In this document: positions 27,038-42,809 of the stretch, piece by piece
Position numbering within the stretch: position 1 is the stretch's first letter
Layout: each line of letters starts with the position of its first letter
Assembly (NCBI GenBank): GCA_964016885.1
Contig: OZ024741.1
Coordinates: 109,492,001-109,556,000, forward strand
Direction: 5' to 3'
From: Eledone cirrhosa
Lineage: Eukaryota
DNA: 64,000 bases
The notes under the pieces: model-generated
Told to the model about the DNA's origin: nothing
The model's database searches: none
The model's input: the letters and a program-made list of their open reading frames with translations, nothing else
Made by a program: the position numbers and the translations under genes

Positions 27038-28450
27038 TGTAGATATAATAAATTGAAATGATTGGAAGGTTAAACAACGCACATAAAATTTAAACGTTCT
27101 ATTAATAAATGCTCCAGTCTAAAAACTCCCATCTGTGTATGTAAAATCTGTTTTGCTTTTTTTCATGCCAGAAACCTTTCAGCGTTTGTTAACAGTCGAA
27201 GTTTGAAAAGGGTTTAGTTGAAGCTATAGTAGAAATTTAAAATGAATAGTGTCAGGCTAGAAGTGTGGGCTTTTAAAGGGCTTTTTGTCGTTAGTTTTGC
27301 TGCAAAGTCGTGTATTTTGTGAAATATTTCTAAACGTTGTTTGGTAGTGTTTGTGTGAGTATTGTATACACTTTGAAATATATCTGTATTTTATATCCTG
27401 TTTCGTGTAAATACGCAGATAGTGTCGTCTTCAAACGGCGTTAGCAGATGTTTTGAAAAATATTTCTCTGTAAAAAAAAGTATTGTTCAACCGATATTCT
27501 GTCCGTAACGATCACACCTTTTTTTTCCTGTCATATTATATTCAATAGTATATCTTGTATATTTAATACTCTTTGAAGACAGTAGGAAATTATTTAAGAG
27601 ACATTTGACTGCACCTTCTTGCATATCGAGTTTATTATTACTGTTGTTTGTAGCTGTAGTGGAGTTTTGCTTTCGTATCTTGATGGAAGGTAGCAAATTT
27701 GAGATGTGTAGCTAGAAGATTAAGTCATTTTCTGCAATGCTCCTGGCAGAGTGATGGTGTTGGTGTTGCTTCGTACCTTGCCGGAAAGTAGTAGTAGCAG
27801 TGGAGGTGTGGTTTCGTGCCTTGACGGAAAATAGTTGAGCTGGGGAAGGTGAGATTTCGTGTCGTGCTGCGTTCCACAACATTCCACGAAAAAAATCCTT
27901 CTCTCAGTTGGAGATGTTTGTTAATAATGTTAGTTGTTTTTTTTCATTTTATTCTTATTTATATGTATTTTTCTTTTCCCAATTTTTTGTTCTATATTCC
28001 TATTTTTGCCTCTTTCTTTCCATACCTCTCTAATATCCCTTATACTTTCTTTCGTTCTCTTCATTCACTTTCCTCTTCCACTCTCCCTTCTTAATTTTCT
28101 TCTTTTACTTGTTTAACAATAGTTAGCTCTCATTCTCACATACTGTCTTCATTCCTACTTCATTTGCCTAATCTTTCTTTCTCTTCTACCACCTTCTGCT
28201 TTCTTTTCTTTTTCTCAATATATATACAAAATACAAAATATGTATATATCACGTTCCTTCTATGTCTATCTGTCCATCGATCTATCTACCTATCTACTTC
28301 TCTATCTCTATCTATTTATCCCTATCGATATATCTATCTACTCGTCTTTCTATTTATCTATCTATATATCTATCTATCCATCTTTCAACATCTGTCTATC
28401 GACCTAACTACTCATCTATCTCTCGATAAATCCATTCACCTCTATCACCA

Positions 28451-29163
28451 GTTCGAGACAAGCTCTACAGACATGGGCGCCCGGGCAGGGACCCTGCAAA
28501 AAAGATCTGTCCGAGGTGCGTGCGAGACGAAGAAACCGTCGCGCACGCATTCATACACTGCCCGGGCGTCACTGACCTGTGGGGCTATGTAGAACGACTA
28601 TTGTCGCGGGTGGGACCAATCCAGTTGACCACCGAGTCCATTGTCATGATCAAACCGCCACCCTCCTTCAAAAACGAAGGAGAGGCGGTTTTCCTTTGTG
28701 TGATAGCCATGGCGAAAGAGGTTGTATGGTGGACAAGGTTGAAAGGGCTGAGGTCAGACACCTTTCTCTCCGGCCAACAACTGATTCTTTTTTTCAAATA
28801 CCACTTTGGAAGAAGAATCAGGATGGAGAGAGAGGTGCTGTACCCCAGCAAGTTTTATGAAAGGTGGGTGAAAGTGGCGAGAATGGCCCGAGTGAATGGG
28901 CCTTCTCTCTATATCAGCCTGTAGGTTGAGGAAAAGGAGGAGGAGAGGAAAGGAGTACAAGCTCTTCGTACTCCTGGAGATGAGGGTTGCACATTTTTTT
29001 CGGGGGTCTGTGTTACCCATATAAACTGTCTCCCTCTATTGGGGAAAATCGACTAACTTTTAAATTCCATCTGTGATAACATTTTACACGTTTTTATTGT
29101 ATGTAAACTTCCCCCTTTGTATTTGTCCCCTTCTTTTGTGCCCCTGTGGCTAATAAAGAAATA

Positions 29164-29209
<46 letters not shown>

Positions 29210-29310
29210 CCTATCTGTGATAACATTTTACACGTTTTTATTGTATGTAAACTTCCCCCTTTGTATTTGTCCCCTTCTTTTGTGCCCCTGTGGCTAATAA
29301 AGAAATATAT
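28451..29310 (+). mobile_element. 5'-truncated Tx1/L1-like LINE, ORF2 C-terminus with CCHC knuckle, 3' UTR and (TATC)n tail; last about 95 bp duplicated
   Basis: CPRCVRDEETVAHAFIHCP..LW..W; stop at 28924; 29070-29165 repeated at 29214-29310. Confidence 0.8.
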
Positions 29311-29352
29311 CTATCTATCTACCTATCTATCTATCTATCTATCTATCTATCC

Positions 29353-29393
<41 letters not shown>

Positions 29394-29738
29394 CCTACCT
29401 ACCTATCTTCCAATCTATTTTCAGTCTTTTTAGCTAATAATCTTCCTCTTTCTATAGAGCTCCACACCGAATGGCGCGTAAACAACGTAAAGGCGGCATT
29501 TATCCCATTCCTTTGAAGTCTTTCATAACGTGGAAAAGCTGTGAGCATGTGTGTGTATATGTGTTTAAATGTAGTCTGTATGTGAGTGCTGTCTGTATGT
29601 GTATGTGTACATGCGTGTTGTTTACAATTTCTGTTCAAGTGTATGAGTATGGTTTTACGTATGCATACTTGTATATCGATGAAATTGTTATCACTGGTTA
29701 TATAAATATCTACACATTCATACACACTCGCTCACACA

Positions 29739-29830
<92 letters not shown>

Positions 29831-30173
29831 CATATAGACCTACACACTGGTGTACACATACACAGGCATATGGACAAACATGCACACGCACGAACGAATA
29901 AATATGCCTGTGTGTTTATGTATATATAATGTGTGTGTGTGTGTATGTGTGTGTGTGTGTATGTGTGTGTGTGTGTGTGCGTGTGTGTGTGTGTGTGTGT
30001 GTTTGTGCGTGCGTGTGTGTGTGTGCGTGTGTGTAGATATGTGCATTTATACGTGTAGGTTGTTTACAGATATTTCATGACATATTCGCATATATAAACA
30101 TGTGTATATATCTATATGTCTAGGTGTACGTGCATGTATATGTATGCACCTGTCTCTGTAAATGTTTGTGTGC

Positions 30174-30207
<34 letters not shown>

Positions 30208-30282
30208 CCGTGAGCTTGTGAGAATGAGCATGCGTGCATGTTTGGAATGTCTGTGTAGTATATGTATATATATGTGTGCGCA

Positions 30283-30316
<34 letters not shown>

Positions 30317-30495
30317 TGTGCGTGTGTGTGTGTGTGTGCGTGTATGGCAAGTGGCATTGCATATATGCGTTTATAAAGAAGACATTGTAATTATGTATTT
30401 CTAATGCGTGTTTGTGTATGTGTGTTATGTTTGGTTATGTATATATAAACACACACATGTACATACATACATACATACATACATACGTACATACA

Positions 30496-30593
<98 letters not shown>

Positions 30594-30834
30594 AGGAGAG
30601 TGTGATGTGTTTTTATGTGTGCATGTGTGTAAGTAAGTGTTATGATGTGTGTGTACGTGTGTGGAGGTGTTTTACATCATATTACAGAGATATAATTGTA
30701 AAGTACTTCAATATATTATAATAGAAATGGAATGGAACAACAGTATTAACAATAAACTATATGAAATGTGCATGTTACTGCACGACTTGGGTGGTTGGGT
30801 ATGTTAGTGCATGTATGGTGGTGCATCTGCATTA

Positions 30835-31670
30835 GTAGTGGTGGTGGTGGAGGGCTGTTGGTGGTGGCGATGATGGTAGTTGTGGTGGTGGTAGTGGTGC
30901 TGGTGGTAGTGGTGCTGGTGGAGGGCTGTTGGTGGTGGCGGCGGTGGTAGTTGTGGCGGTGCTAGTGGTGGTGGTGGAGGGCTGTTGGTGGTGGCAGCGG
31001 TGGTAGTTGTGGCGGTGGTAGTGGTGCTGGTGGTAGTGGTGCTGGTGGAGGGCTGTTGGTGGTGGCGGCGGTGGTAGTTGTGGCGGTGGTAGTGGTGGTG
31101 GTGGAGGGCTGTTGGTGGTGGCGGCGGTGGTAGTTGTGGTGGTGGTAGTGGTGCTGGTGGTAGTGGTGCTGGTGGAGGGCTGTTGGTGGTGGCTGCGGTG
31201 GTAGTTGTGGTGGTGGTAGTGGTGGTGGTGGAGGGCTGTTGGTGGTGGCGGCGGTGGTAGTTGTGGCGGTGGTAGTGGTGGTGGTGGAGGGCTGTTCGTG
31301 GTGGCGGCGGTGGTAGTTGTGGTGGTGGTAGTGGTGCTGGTGGTAGTGGTGGTGGTGGAGGGCTGTTGGTGATGGCGATGATGGTAGTTGTGGTGGTGGT
31401 AGTGGTGCTGGTGGTAGTGGTGCTGGTGGAGGGCTGTTGGTGGTGGCTGCGGTGGTAGTTGTGGTGGTGGTAGTGGTGGTGGTGGAGGGCTGTTGGTGGT
31501 GGCTGCGGTGGTAGTTGTGGTGGTGGTAGTGGTGCTGGTGGAGGGCTGTTGGTGGTGGCGGTGGTGGTAGTTGTGGTGGTGGTAGTGGTGTTGGTGGAGG
31601 GCTGTTGGTGGTGGCGGTGGTGGTAGTTGTGGTGGTGGTAGTGGTGCTGGTGGAGGGCTGTTGGTGCTGG
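30835..31670. repeat. G-rich minisatellite, about 56/68-bp units built on (GGT)n
   Basis: Recurring ggagggctgttggtggtggc.gcggtggtagttgtgg. Confidence 0.9.
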
Positions 31671-32299
31671 TGGTGATGGTGTGGTGATGGTGCTGATGGT
31701 GGTGATGGTGGTGGTGGTTGTGCTGGTGGTGGTTTTGGTTTTTGGTAGTGGTGGTGCTGGTGCTGGTCGTAATGGTGGTGCTGTTGGTGGTGGTTGTGGT
31801 GCTGATGCTGGTGGTGATGGTGTTGATGGTGGTGGTGGTAATGGAGGTGATGGTGGAGATGATGGTGATGTTGGTGGTGGTTGCGCTGCTGCTGCTGCTG
31901 CTGTTGCTGCTGGTTGAGGTGGTGGTAATGGTGGTGATGGTGATGGTGTCCCTGGCGATACTGGTGCTTGTTGTTATGGCGGCGGTTATGCTGGTATTAA
32001 TGCTTATTATGGCAATGATGTTGCTTGTTGTTATGGCGGTGGTGATGCTGGTGTTGATGGTTGTTATTGTTATGGCGATAATGGTGATGGTATTATTAGA
32101 GGATGGATGTAAGAGAGGGTAGTGGGGATGGTAAGATGCTTAGGGGTGGTTGAAAACCGCAGCGCCACCACGGGCGTTTAATGTATGACGAATTATTTCG
32201 GCCGTAACAGTTTTTCAGGCGCCATCGTTGTATATACACAAACTCACACATATAGTAAATATATATTAAAATTGAGTATATATATATATATATATATAT

Positions 32300-32351
<52 letters not shown>

Positions 32352-32380
32352 AGGTAGAGTGAGAGGGAGATGCATACATA

Positions 32381-32447
<67 letters not shown>

Positions 32448-32514
32448 GGAGGCTTAGTAAAATCGAATCTTATATATATATATATTAATAGGATTTTACA
32501 GATCAGATCGATAC

Positions 32515-32547
<33 letters not shown>

Positions 32548-32615
32548 CATATATATACGCAGGTATGAGGAGGAAGGACCATGAAATAGAGATGCATGCT
32601 TGTAAGTTTACATTC

Positions 32616-32665
<50 letters not shown>

Positions 32666-32699
32666 TCATATAAATATATATATACGTGCAAAAGGTTAT

Positions 32700-32791
<92 letters not shown>

Positions 32792-32798
32792 ATATATA

Positions 32799-32857
<59 letters not shown>

Positions 32858-33046
32858 AAAAGTAGTGCTAATTTGCGGGTGTCTAATTGTGTTGTGGCGG
32901 TGGTATTGTCATGTCATAAACTAGAAAGTCTTGAAAAAAAGTGGTACATTTAAAATGCATTGGGGATTTTACATGCATCTATGTATGTATGTATGTATGT
33001 ATGTATGTATGTATGTATGTATGTATGTATGTATGTATGTATGTAT

Positions 33047-34410
33047 GGGAGAGATGACCCCTTAGCCTTTGTCAAGGCAGAATTCTAGGAGAAGGAAAAC
33101 TCTGATATAACACCTGCAACTCTGATGGTATCCAATGATGTTGACTTGTTCTTCTTTTTGGTAAATATCATCTTGGTTAAGAGAGTGGGACTGGCTTTGT
33201 GCAGTGCCTTTGCTCACTATTAAAGCTTCACGGCACAGGCATTGCTTTATATCTGGAGATCTCTCTGCCCTTGTCGTCACATGGTACCATGGGCCCAGCA
33301 CTATGTGTCAATAATTGTCACAGGTGTAGTGTTTGTACCAGAGTTTTAAAGTCGCTGGCTGGACTAAAAAGTCACACTCGTTCAGCGCATCGGTGGGGGT
33401 TCTCCTACATGGATATAAAGTGGTGGCCGTACTCGAAAACGAGTTGGCAGCCACCATGTATGTATGTATGTATGTATGTATGTATGTATGTATGTATGTA
33501 TGTATGCATGCATGCATGTATGTATGTATGTATGTATGCATGCATGTATGTATGTATGTATGTATGTATGTATGTATGTATGTATGTATGTACGTATGTA
33601 TGTATGTACGTATGTATGTATGTGTGTATGTATGTATGTGTGTATGTATGTACGTATGTATGTATGTGTGTATGTATGTATGTGTGTATGTATGTATGCA
33701 TGTATGTGTGTATGCATGTATGTGTGTATGCATGTATGTGTGTATGCATGTATGTGTGTATGCATGTATGTGTGTATGCATGTATGTGTGTATGCATGTA
33801 TATGTCAAGTCACCAGTTGGTGTTACTGGTAACATGTATCCCAGTACAACCTGTCTCATGGTCGGGTCGTTGGCGACTAAACTGGCAACCGCACCAAGGT
33901 TTCTTGGTGAGGAGGGTGACTTTGGTCATCCTGCAGGACGAAAAACAAAACCTGTCAAAGGACAAAGGAGCTCTTAAGAGTCAATGGCCATCCAAAATCA
34001 CCGGAAGAGATGACCCCTTAGCCTTTGTCAAGGCAGAATTCTAGGAGAAGGAAAACTCTGATATAACACCTGCAACTCTGATGGTATCCAATGATGTTGA
34101 CTTGTTGTTCTTTTTGGTAAATATCATCTTGGTTAAGAGAGTGGGACTGGCTTTGTGCAGTGCCTTTGTCACTATAAAAGCTCCACGGCACAGGCATTGC
34201 TTTATATCTGGAGATCTCTCTGCACTTGTCGTCACATGGTACCATGAGCCCAGCACTATGTGTCAATAATTGTCACAAGTGTAGTGTTTGTACCAGAGTT
34301 TTCAAGTCGCTGGCTGGACTAAAAATCACACTCGTTCAGCGCATCGGTAAGGGTTCTCCTACATGGATATAAAGTAGTGGCCGTACTCGAAAACGAGTTG
34401 GCAGCCACCA
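33047..34410 (+). mobile_element. Two tandem copies of a short RTE-derived element in (TATG)n (33047-33456 truncated; 33802-34410 longer)
   Basis: About 410-bp near-identical block; 3' peptide CSVCTRVLKSLAGLKSHTRSAH and ..gcagccacca(tgta)n end typical of RTE LINE termini. Confidence 0.7.
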
Positions 34411-35619
34411 TCTGTGTATGTATGTAAGGATTTATGGTTGGATGAATGTATATATGATTGTATGTATGGATATGTATGTATGTATGCATGTATGTATGTA
34501 TACATGTGTTTGTCAATGCATCTCTCCATGTATATATATTTATACACATACATGCATAAACATATATATATGTGTATATATGTATGTACGTCCATGTAAG
34601 TGTGGGTTGGGGTCGTCTGTGTGTGTCTATGCCTACGTATATGAATTCATATGTGCTTCCGTATATTTATATTTGTGTGTTTTATTGCAACTCCTTGCCG
34701 TGATACTGTGATGGCTGATGGATGTGTGGGTGGGGGTGAGAGACACGTGATTGTGGAGCGTCTGTATATTGAATGTGACACTGGATCAGTCAGCTCCAAA
34801 GAAAGGAAGCCATTGTTGTTGGGTTAAAAATGGAAGAGAAAACAGACAGCGGGTCTGTGAGCCAAATGCTGTGATGTGTTGTTGAGTGACTTCTTACCAT
34901 AGAGTGAAGCAACATTACTCTTATGCTATTCTTCAGAATATAATGTTATACGTAACGTCGGTGGGTATGTTGGAAATGAGATAATACATTTATTTTAAGA
35001 ACGTCACAAATGATTTTACTTACCATTTTCAATGATTATATGAAAAGCGTCGATAATTAGAACGAAAGCAGCCATGTTTTATTGTTCTTTCCATTTCTGG
35101 TACCAAATGCCGGTGGCAACTCCTGGCTAGATTTGTATTTAGAACGCACAATGTTAAATCAGAAACAACAAAGCATCCTCTCCGACTCTTTAACAAATAT
35201 ACCAATCCCCCCCTCCCCCGCCCCCACCGGAGATGGATTGGACTTGACTCGATTATCTCACAAATATCCTGTCACAGATTAATTCTATTATATGTTTATA
35301 TTTGTTTGGAACATAACTTAACAAAGACACTTACATAAGATTATGATGAAAGTATTTAGATAAATATAAACACATTAAAACAAAATGTTGTATACCATAA
35401 AACCATAGGCAGTTAAGACGGATGGGTATCATAAGTTTTTAAAGAGGTTTAAAGTTATGTTTGCTGTCATCTCGAGCAGTCCAGAACGTACCATTTCTTT
35501 CAGTTTACATACTAAAGAAAAAATTATCTACTGCCATGCTGACATTTTTTTCAGCGTGTAATCTAAAAGAGAACAAAAGTTTGTGAAAACACGACTGCAT
35601 TATAGATTTATTATTATTT

Positions 35620-36110
35620 TCATCAAGAGCATCGCATAAATGTTTCCCCGTATTTTTTCCGGCCCTTTTCACTCTGAGTTCAAATCCTGCCGGGATCAAC
35701 TTTGCTTTCATCATAAAATAAAGTACAATTAAGAAGTGCAGGGTTTATTTCTTCGATTCACCCCCACTCCACACCCAACCCCCACAAATTGCTGTCCTTG
35801 TGCCAAAATTAGAAACCATTATTAATGGTGGTGGATTTGCAGAATGTTAAGAGCGTTGGATAAAATGCTTTGTGCATTCAATATCGAACAATTTAGATCA
35901 GCATTGCCTCTCACCTTTAGAGAGTCGGACAAATGCTTAGTAGAATTTGCTCCGGCTCTTTACGTCCTGAGCTCAAATCTCGCCGATTTCGACTTTGCTT
36001 TTTCATCCTTTCGGAGTTGATAAAATAGAATACCAATAATGTACGGGAGTCAATAAGACTGACTTTCCTCTCCCTACAAATTGATGGCCTTGTGCTTAAA
36101 TTAAAAATCC
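35620..36110 (+). mobile_element. Cluster of SINE family A copies
   Basis: ctgagttcaaatcctgccg and ctgagctcaaatctcgccg bodies with ccttgtgc..aaatta tails. Confidence 0.7.
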
Positions 36111-36853
36111 TCATTATTTTCAACAACATTATTCCCTATCTTCATATGAGTTCCTTTCAGACTGTTTGGAAAATTAAATGTCATCCATTTACCGTTTAAG
36201 TTCCGAAATGTAATCACAAATTCTATTCTGATAGTTTCTTCTCTTGCACATCTCGCCTATAGAATTCTCTTCCGGCTTCTTGCTTTCCTGACTAGTACAA
36301 TTTGCAAGAAATCAAAAGCAACATGAGTCTTCATATTCTTTTCCCTTAAATTGTTCTCTCTGTCTTGTAACGTAACCCCTTGCATTTTATTGGTTGTATC
36401 TCCTTGCTTAAAGTGATCTTTAAAACCAAAACATTTGAACATTCAAATTTCGGCTTTCATTTGTTTACCAATCACACTAGATCTGCCTCATACACAGCAA
36501 CAACATACACCAATGTCATTTCATCTGCATGCTACTATAAGGCTATTGAAACGTTGATTGTGGTATATCAGCTTTGTTGCAAACAAACTACTAAAAGCTC
36601 ATATGTATGAAACAATCTTGAGAGAGATGAAATTGTGGCGCGTTTACAAAACGCTATACATATATGTATGATTGTTCGGGTGTGTGTTGTTATGTATGTG
36701 CATGTGTATATGTATATCTGTAACTAAAAGGGTTCATTTTTGTAAGTCTGTATCCACATGCGCGTGTATTTGCTTGTACACAGGAATACATATATATTAC
36801 GAACATACCCATACACACACACAAACACAGACACAGACACATATATATATATA

Positions 36854-37174
36854 TCTATATATATAAAACTGTTGTTGTCTGTGTGTGTGTCCTCATTTTT
36901 GCAAAGTCTACACAAATCCACATTTCTACTCCGATTGACTTCAAACTTGCATTTATATATTCCTTGCGGTTTAACTGCAGCTTTTATTTTTCAATTTTCT
37001 GTTGTTAAATGGGAGTTAGGCGCCGGTTATCGATCTCCGTCGAGCCCTTATAACATCTGTCTGTATGCCTGGCTGTCTGCATAACGACATTCTGACGAAC
37101 ACGTCATTGGTGACGTATTTTCTTTGCTACATTCACACACACACGTGCATACACGCACACACACACACTCACAA

Positions 37175-37205
<31 letters not shown>

Positions 37206-37215
37206 CATATATACT

Positions 37216-37263
<48 letters not shown>

Positions 37264-37973
37264 TACATTGTAGGTCGCTTTAACCCGTCTTTTATTATTC
37301 AAAAAACTTCTTGCCAATAAACATTAACCCTTTGTGTGCCATTCATCTAACTGTAGACCAACAAATACCAAGTAAACGGAGCGTTGACAAGTCGAATGCG
37401 AATGAATCTTCGAGGTAAGCAGTTTCCTCCCGAGCTGTTAGTTCACGCGGGATTCTCTGCTACACCTTTTCGTAATAATACCGAACAACGTACTGCTGGT
37501 CCCTCCTTCCTCCAAAAGCCGTACAAAGCGGACATGTGCATCGGGTAGATGGATCGGGTGCAAATCTACATCAGGCGTACGCGAGAAATTCGCAAGGGGC
37601 TGCACCGAGAGGGATAGAGAGAAAGAGTAACTTAGTGGAAAGAGTTCGAATGAACTTTTGAGGTAAGTAGCCTACTCCTTACTGCTATGACACTGAAACC
37701 TTCTGCCAACTTAACCTGTGACTTTCTCTTTCACATTTACTCCAACAGGCCAAAACAGAGGAGTATGAAAAGAAGAGCTCAACAATATTTCTATGAACAA
37801 TGCACGTAGACAGCTAAACTGTACTTTCAACTTCTTAATTTTCTCCAAATAAAACAAGTTTCTTGTCGGTATATTTTCGTGAGTTTTTTAACAGGCACTC
37901 ACAAATAAAGGTTTCTCATTGGAGGTGCTATTACCAATGTTCTTACCCGTGCAACGTCGGGATACACTGCTAT
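36854..37973 (+). mobile_element. Non-autonomous Helitron with internal microsatellite expansion
   Basis: A|TCTATATATATAAAA 5' end; cccgtgcaacgtcggg..tgCTAT 3' end (CTAG mutated). Confidence 0.65.
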
Positions 37974-38062
<89 letters not shown>

Positions 38063-38146
38063 AATAGGGGACACACACGGCAAAGACAGTGGAAAAAACA
38101 ACGGAGAGTCCCATCTCATCAATATCTATATACATACATATATAAA

Positions 38147-38280
<134 letters not shown>

Positions 38281-38732
38281 CACGTACAAAGAAAACAGAA
38301 TACATACTAAAACACACACCGACATTCATATACAGAAACACATGAATACGTACATACACAGATACACACATATACATAAATACACACATAGATACATACA
38401 CACACGCACACACACACACACACACAAACAAACAACAAAACAAAGAGAATAGCAGACACCAGAGCACAGCCGAATCTCTGTGTGGGATACATAACTGGTG
38501 CCACAGGAATTTTCAACTAGAATTACTTATAGTTATGAGTCTTTGGAAAGGTTAAACATACACTGTATTGAACTGTTCTATGGTCCCAATATACACACAT
38601 CTATATACATATTTAACACGTTTTCTACACACATTTACACACATGTATACATCACATACACATAGTTTTCGAGAATAAATAAAAGTGTCTATTTATTTGT
38701 TTATCTATTTATCTATCTATCTATGGTTTGAA

Positions 38733-38820
<88 letters not shown>

Positions 38821-38972
38821 GTGTGTGCGTGCGCATGCGTGTGTGTGTATGTATATATATACGTGCGTGCGAGGGCTTTCTTTGTGTGTACAAACACACA
38901 TATATATATATACATAGATGTATATAAACACATACTAACGCACACATACACAAAGACGCACATACACATATA

Positions 38973-39043
<71 letters not shown>

Positions 39044-39570
39044 TGTGTGTGTGCATATATGTAAGTCTTCATGTAAGTATGTAATGTAGGTTTATGATTA
39101 TCTGTGTGGTGTGTGGTTTGTGTGAATGTCCCTCCGTACACCTCTCCCACATTCACAAACACACACACGCACCACTACCACTATACATACACACGCATGT
39201 ACGGCGACGACAGCAAAAAGGCCGCCATGTATAAATATGCAGACACATTTCGGCTGTAATGCCATTTGTTACAAATGAAAATAAATAATTACACGTTGCA
39301 CGCTATGCAAAAATTATTAATTAATGATTGCAGCATGGTGCTGCAACTTGGCAGACATAGCTTCCATTTTGATGAAATAAAATGTCTGAAACGCTTCTTA
39401 AACACTCACTCACGTCTTGCTATCTATTCAACAGTTGCATGGAAAACAGCTATTTATAATGTATAGCCTTATATGCACGCACTCCTATACAATAAAACAC
39501 ACACGTGTACACACACACACACACACCACACACACACATACATACATATATATATACACACGCGCTCATG

Positions 39571-39601
<31 letters not shown>

Positions 39602-39930
39602 GAGAGTGTGTGTGTGTTTCTGTATATATACACATATACGTAAAAACATTTACATCTTCAAATATATATGCATGTAATAGAAAAACTAATATGTTAGTAG
39701 CCAAGGGACGAGTACGACCATTAGTCAACTGAGAACTCGACATTTAGGGTTTAAATCGCTTCGGTATTAAAGAAAACATTAAACATATCCGTACTGTTTA
39801 AGCTTGAACGTCGTGCTTACATGATTTATAACCAATGGAGGCTCTTAAATGCCTTGTCCCAATTCTATTCCCCATATTGTTTTACCTTTCTCAAATTGAC
39901 ATGATGATTTAGAAGAGCTGTTATATATAA

Positions 39931-40031
39931 ACCGGGGTCTTACAGTTTCCTATTACCCACTCTACTACCCTAAGTATTGAGTGCTCTGGTGCGTTATGAT
40001 CCATCTGGTTCCTTACCGCACCTCCTTCGTT
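39931..40031 (+). mobile_element. Hairpin-plus-tail repeat, tail-only copy
   Basis: Matches 10942-11043. Confidence 0.7.
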
Positions 40032-40578
40032 ATATACATATATATACATATATTTATATATATTCAGTCATAGAGATGGTATCACATAATAATTTCATTA
40101 CATCATACCCATTATGTACGTTTCAAATGCATCAAAAAGTCATTATGTGACAGTTATTCGATGTGTTATCAACAGACAGGTTTTTAAATGGAAATAGAAA
40201 TAAAGTTTAATTTTTCTTTCTGATATGCCTGCCTTCTAATAGTTGTTGACATTTCAGTTCAGGCAAGCATACCCCCCCCCCACACACGCACACACACCAC
40301 ACACACACACACATATATAGTAGAATTCCGAACGCGACATTTGTTCTCTAAAGCTTTCTCAAGGATACCCTCAAGAAAGTTTTAGACGATAAGCTGGCGA
40401 GGCAGGAAACGCAGTTGGGATTTTACTTCTTCGATATACACCCTGTGCAGTTCATCATGCATAGAGTACTATGGTCTTGTGGTCTTCCTGTTCATCGTAT
40501 CGCAGACATTCCATTTATATATATGTGAGTGTGTGTTTACACACGCAAAACCATAAATCATTCATACACAATATATAC

Positions 40579-40693
<115 letters not shown>

Positions 40694-40702
40694 AGTATAA
40701 CA

Positions 40703-40793
<91 letters not shown>

Positions 40794-41258
40794 CATTTTG
40801 CTGATAATGCTAAGTCTATTAACTATCAAAGGAGGAAGTAAATATGGAAGCTTAATGGGAACATGAACAGTTACTAACTCGTAATGGTTTCAATATCAGC
40901 TTACAGTCTACTGTCTACACGGTGGATGGACATCGCTTACATCGCAGTATTCATTTAAGGATTAATTAGTGGACGTAGATAGGGCACGAACATGCCTCTT
41001 TAAATTACCAGCTTTGCTCATTTACTACTTAGACAATCTATTGCTTAACAAGTGATGTAAGAAGTAAGGAAATTAAACAAGACGCCATCGGATTTATTCA
41101 ACTAGTTTATATACGTCTATTACATTTGTAATGAATGTGTGTGTATTGTGTCGCTGCCTGTGTGTATATGTGTGTGTAGGCTTTAATGTGACGTGTTGTG
41201 ATATGGCATGGTCGGGTATATATACATTAATAAAATTACGCGAATTTTTTTCTGAATA

Positions 41259-41362
<104 letters not shown>

Positions 41363-41551
41363 TGTGGGTGTGTGTGCGTGTGCGTGCGTGCGTGTGTGTG
41401 TATGTGTGTCTTTGTATATATGTTTGTGTGCATGCAATATGTGCAGTTTTATTAGACGAATTTTCGAGTAAATACATATAAATACATATCAACATATAAT
41501 TTTTGTAAACATACATACATATATATGTATACGATGTCTCTCTATATATAT

Positions 41552-41617
<66 letters not shown>

Positions 41618-41934
41618 GTGCGTATTTGTTTTTGTGTGTACATACATATTACATATTACATATATATGTAAACCTAAATTTATAAATATTTATACTTATG
41701 AGTGACTATATGTGTGAGCATGCGCGCAAGTGTGTGTGTGTGTATGCATATGCATGTGTGTGTGTGTGTGTGTGTGTGAGTATACGTGTTTACTCTTTGT
41801 TTTAGCACTACTTGATCTATGTTGGAATAAAGCAAATAATAAACAGCTTATTATTTTGAGACAAACACCAACCAATAAGGCATAGAACAAACCAATGTAA
41901 AAAAAAAAACTGTAAAAAAACTATGTACAACATC

Positions 41935-41993
<59 letters not shown>

Positions 41994-42537
41994 CAACAAC
42001 AACAACAACAATAATAGTGATAATAATTTAACAAGAACCACAACAACAAGGACGGCAATAAATCAATAAGACCAAATAAAGGATTAAAACCAAAGAAACA
42101 ACACGTCGTGCCAAGTAATAGTGGAGTCGAGTCTAACATCCTAGACAGAGTTATAATTTTTTCACCGCCATTGTAAATATAAAGAAAGAAATATATAGAG
42201 AGAATATCTCCCATATTTCAATGAATAAAATGCTGGCAATAGATTACCAGTAGTGTTAGCACTGTAGTGAAGCGAGTGTGTTTCTATGTTGATGTGTGTA
42301 TGTATGTGTGTTCGTGTGCCTGTATGTTTGTGCATACATATATATGTATTTGTATATATGTATTTGTATATTGTATGTATGTATGTATGTATGTATGTAT
42401 GTATGTATGTATGTATGTATGTATGTATGTATGTATGTGTAGTTGTGTGTGCAATATTATCTACACATTAATACATTTTTATATAATATATATATATATT
42501 ATATTATATTATAGTATATATATATATTATATTATAG

Positions 42538-42603
<66 letters not shown>

Positions 42604-42809
42604 ATAATATAATATACCTATATATACATTTATGATTACTAGATATAAATTTATATGTCTGTGTATATGTCTGTATATATGGCTATATATTCTTCTCATT
42701 TGTGATTTTTGATTCTTTGTGCATTAATTAAAATGTATTTGTGCCTGTGTACACAAAGTATGCGTAAATTTGGTAATCTTTCTGCTTGGTTTATGTGTGT
42801 ATGTATATA

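Noticed and set aside
30835-31670. Repeat array as CRISPR
   Set aside because: No unique spacers, no cas genes, eukaryotic context
32140-32230. Short CpG-rich island as promoter
   Set aside because: No linked transcript start or recognisable core motifs
33810-33895. HDV-like ribozyme at the 5' end of the RTE derivative (ccagt..gg gtcg-ttgg-cgaC TAA actgg)
   Set aside because: P2, P4 and J4/2-like parts are visible but I could not build convincing P1 and P3 helices
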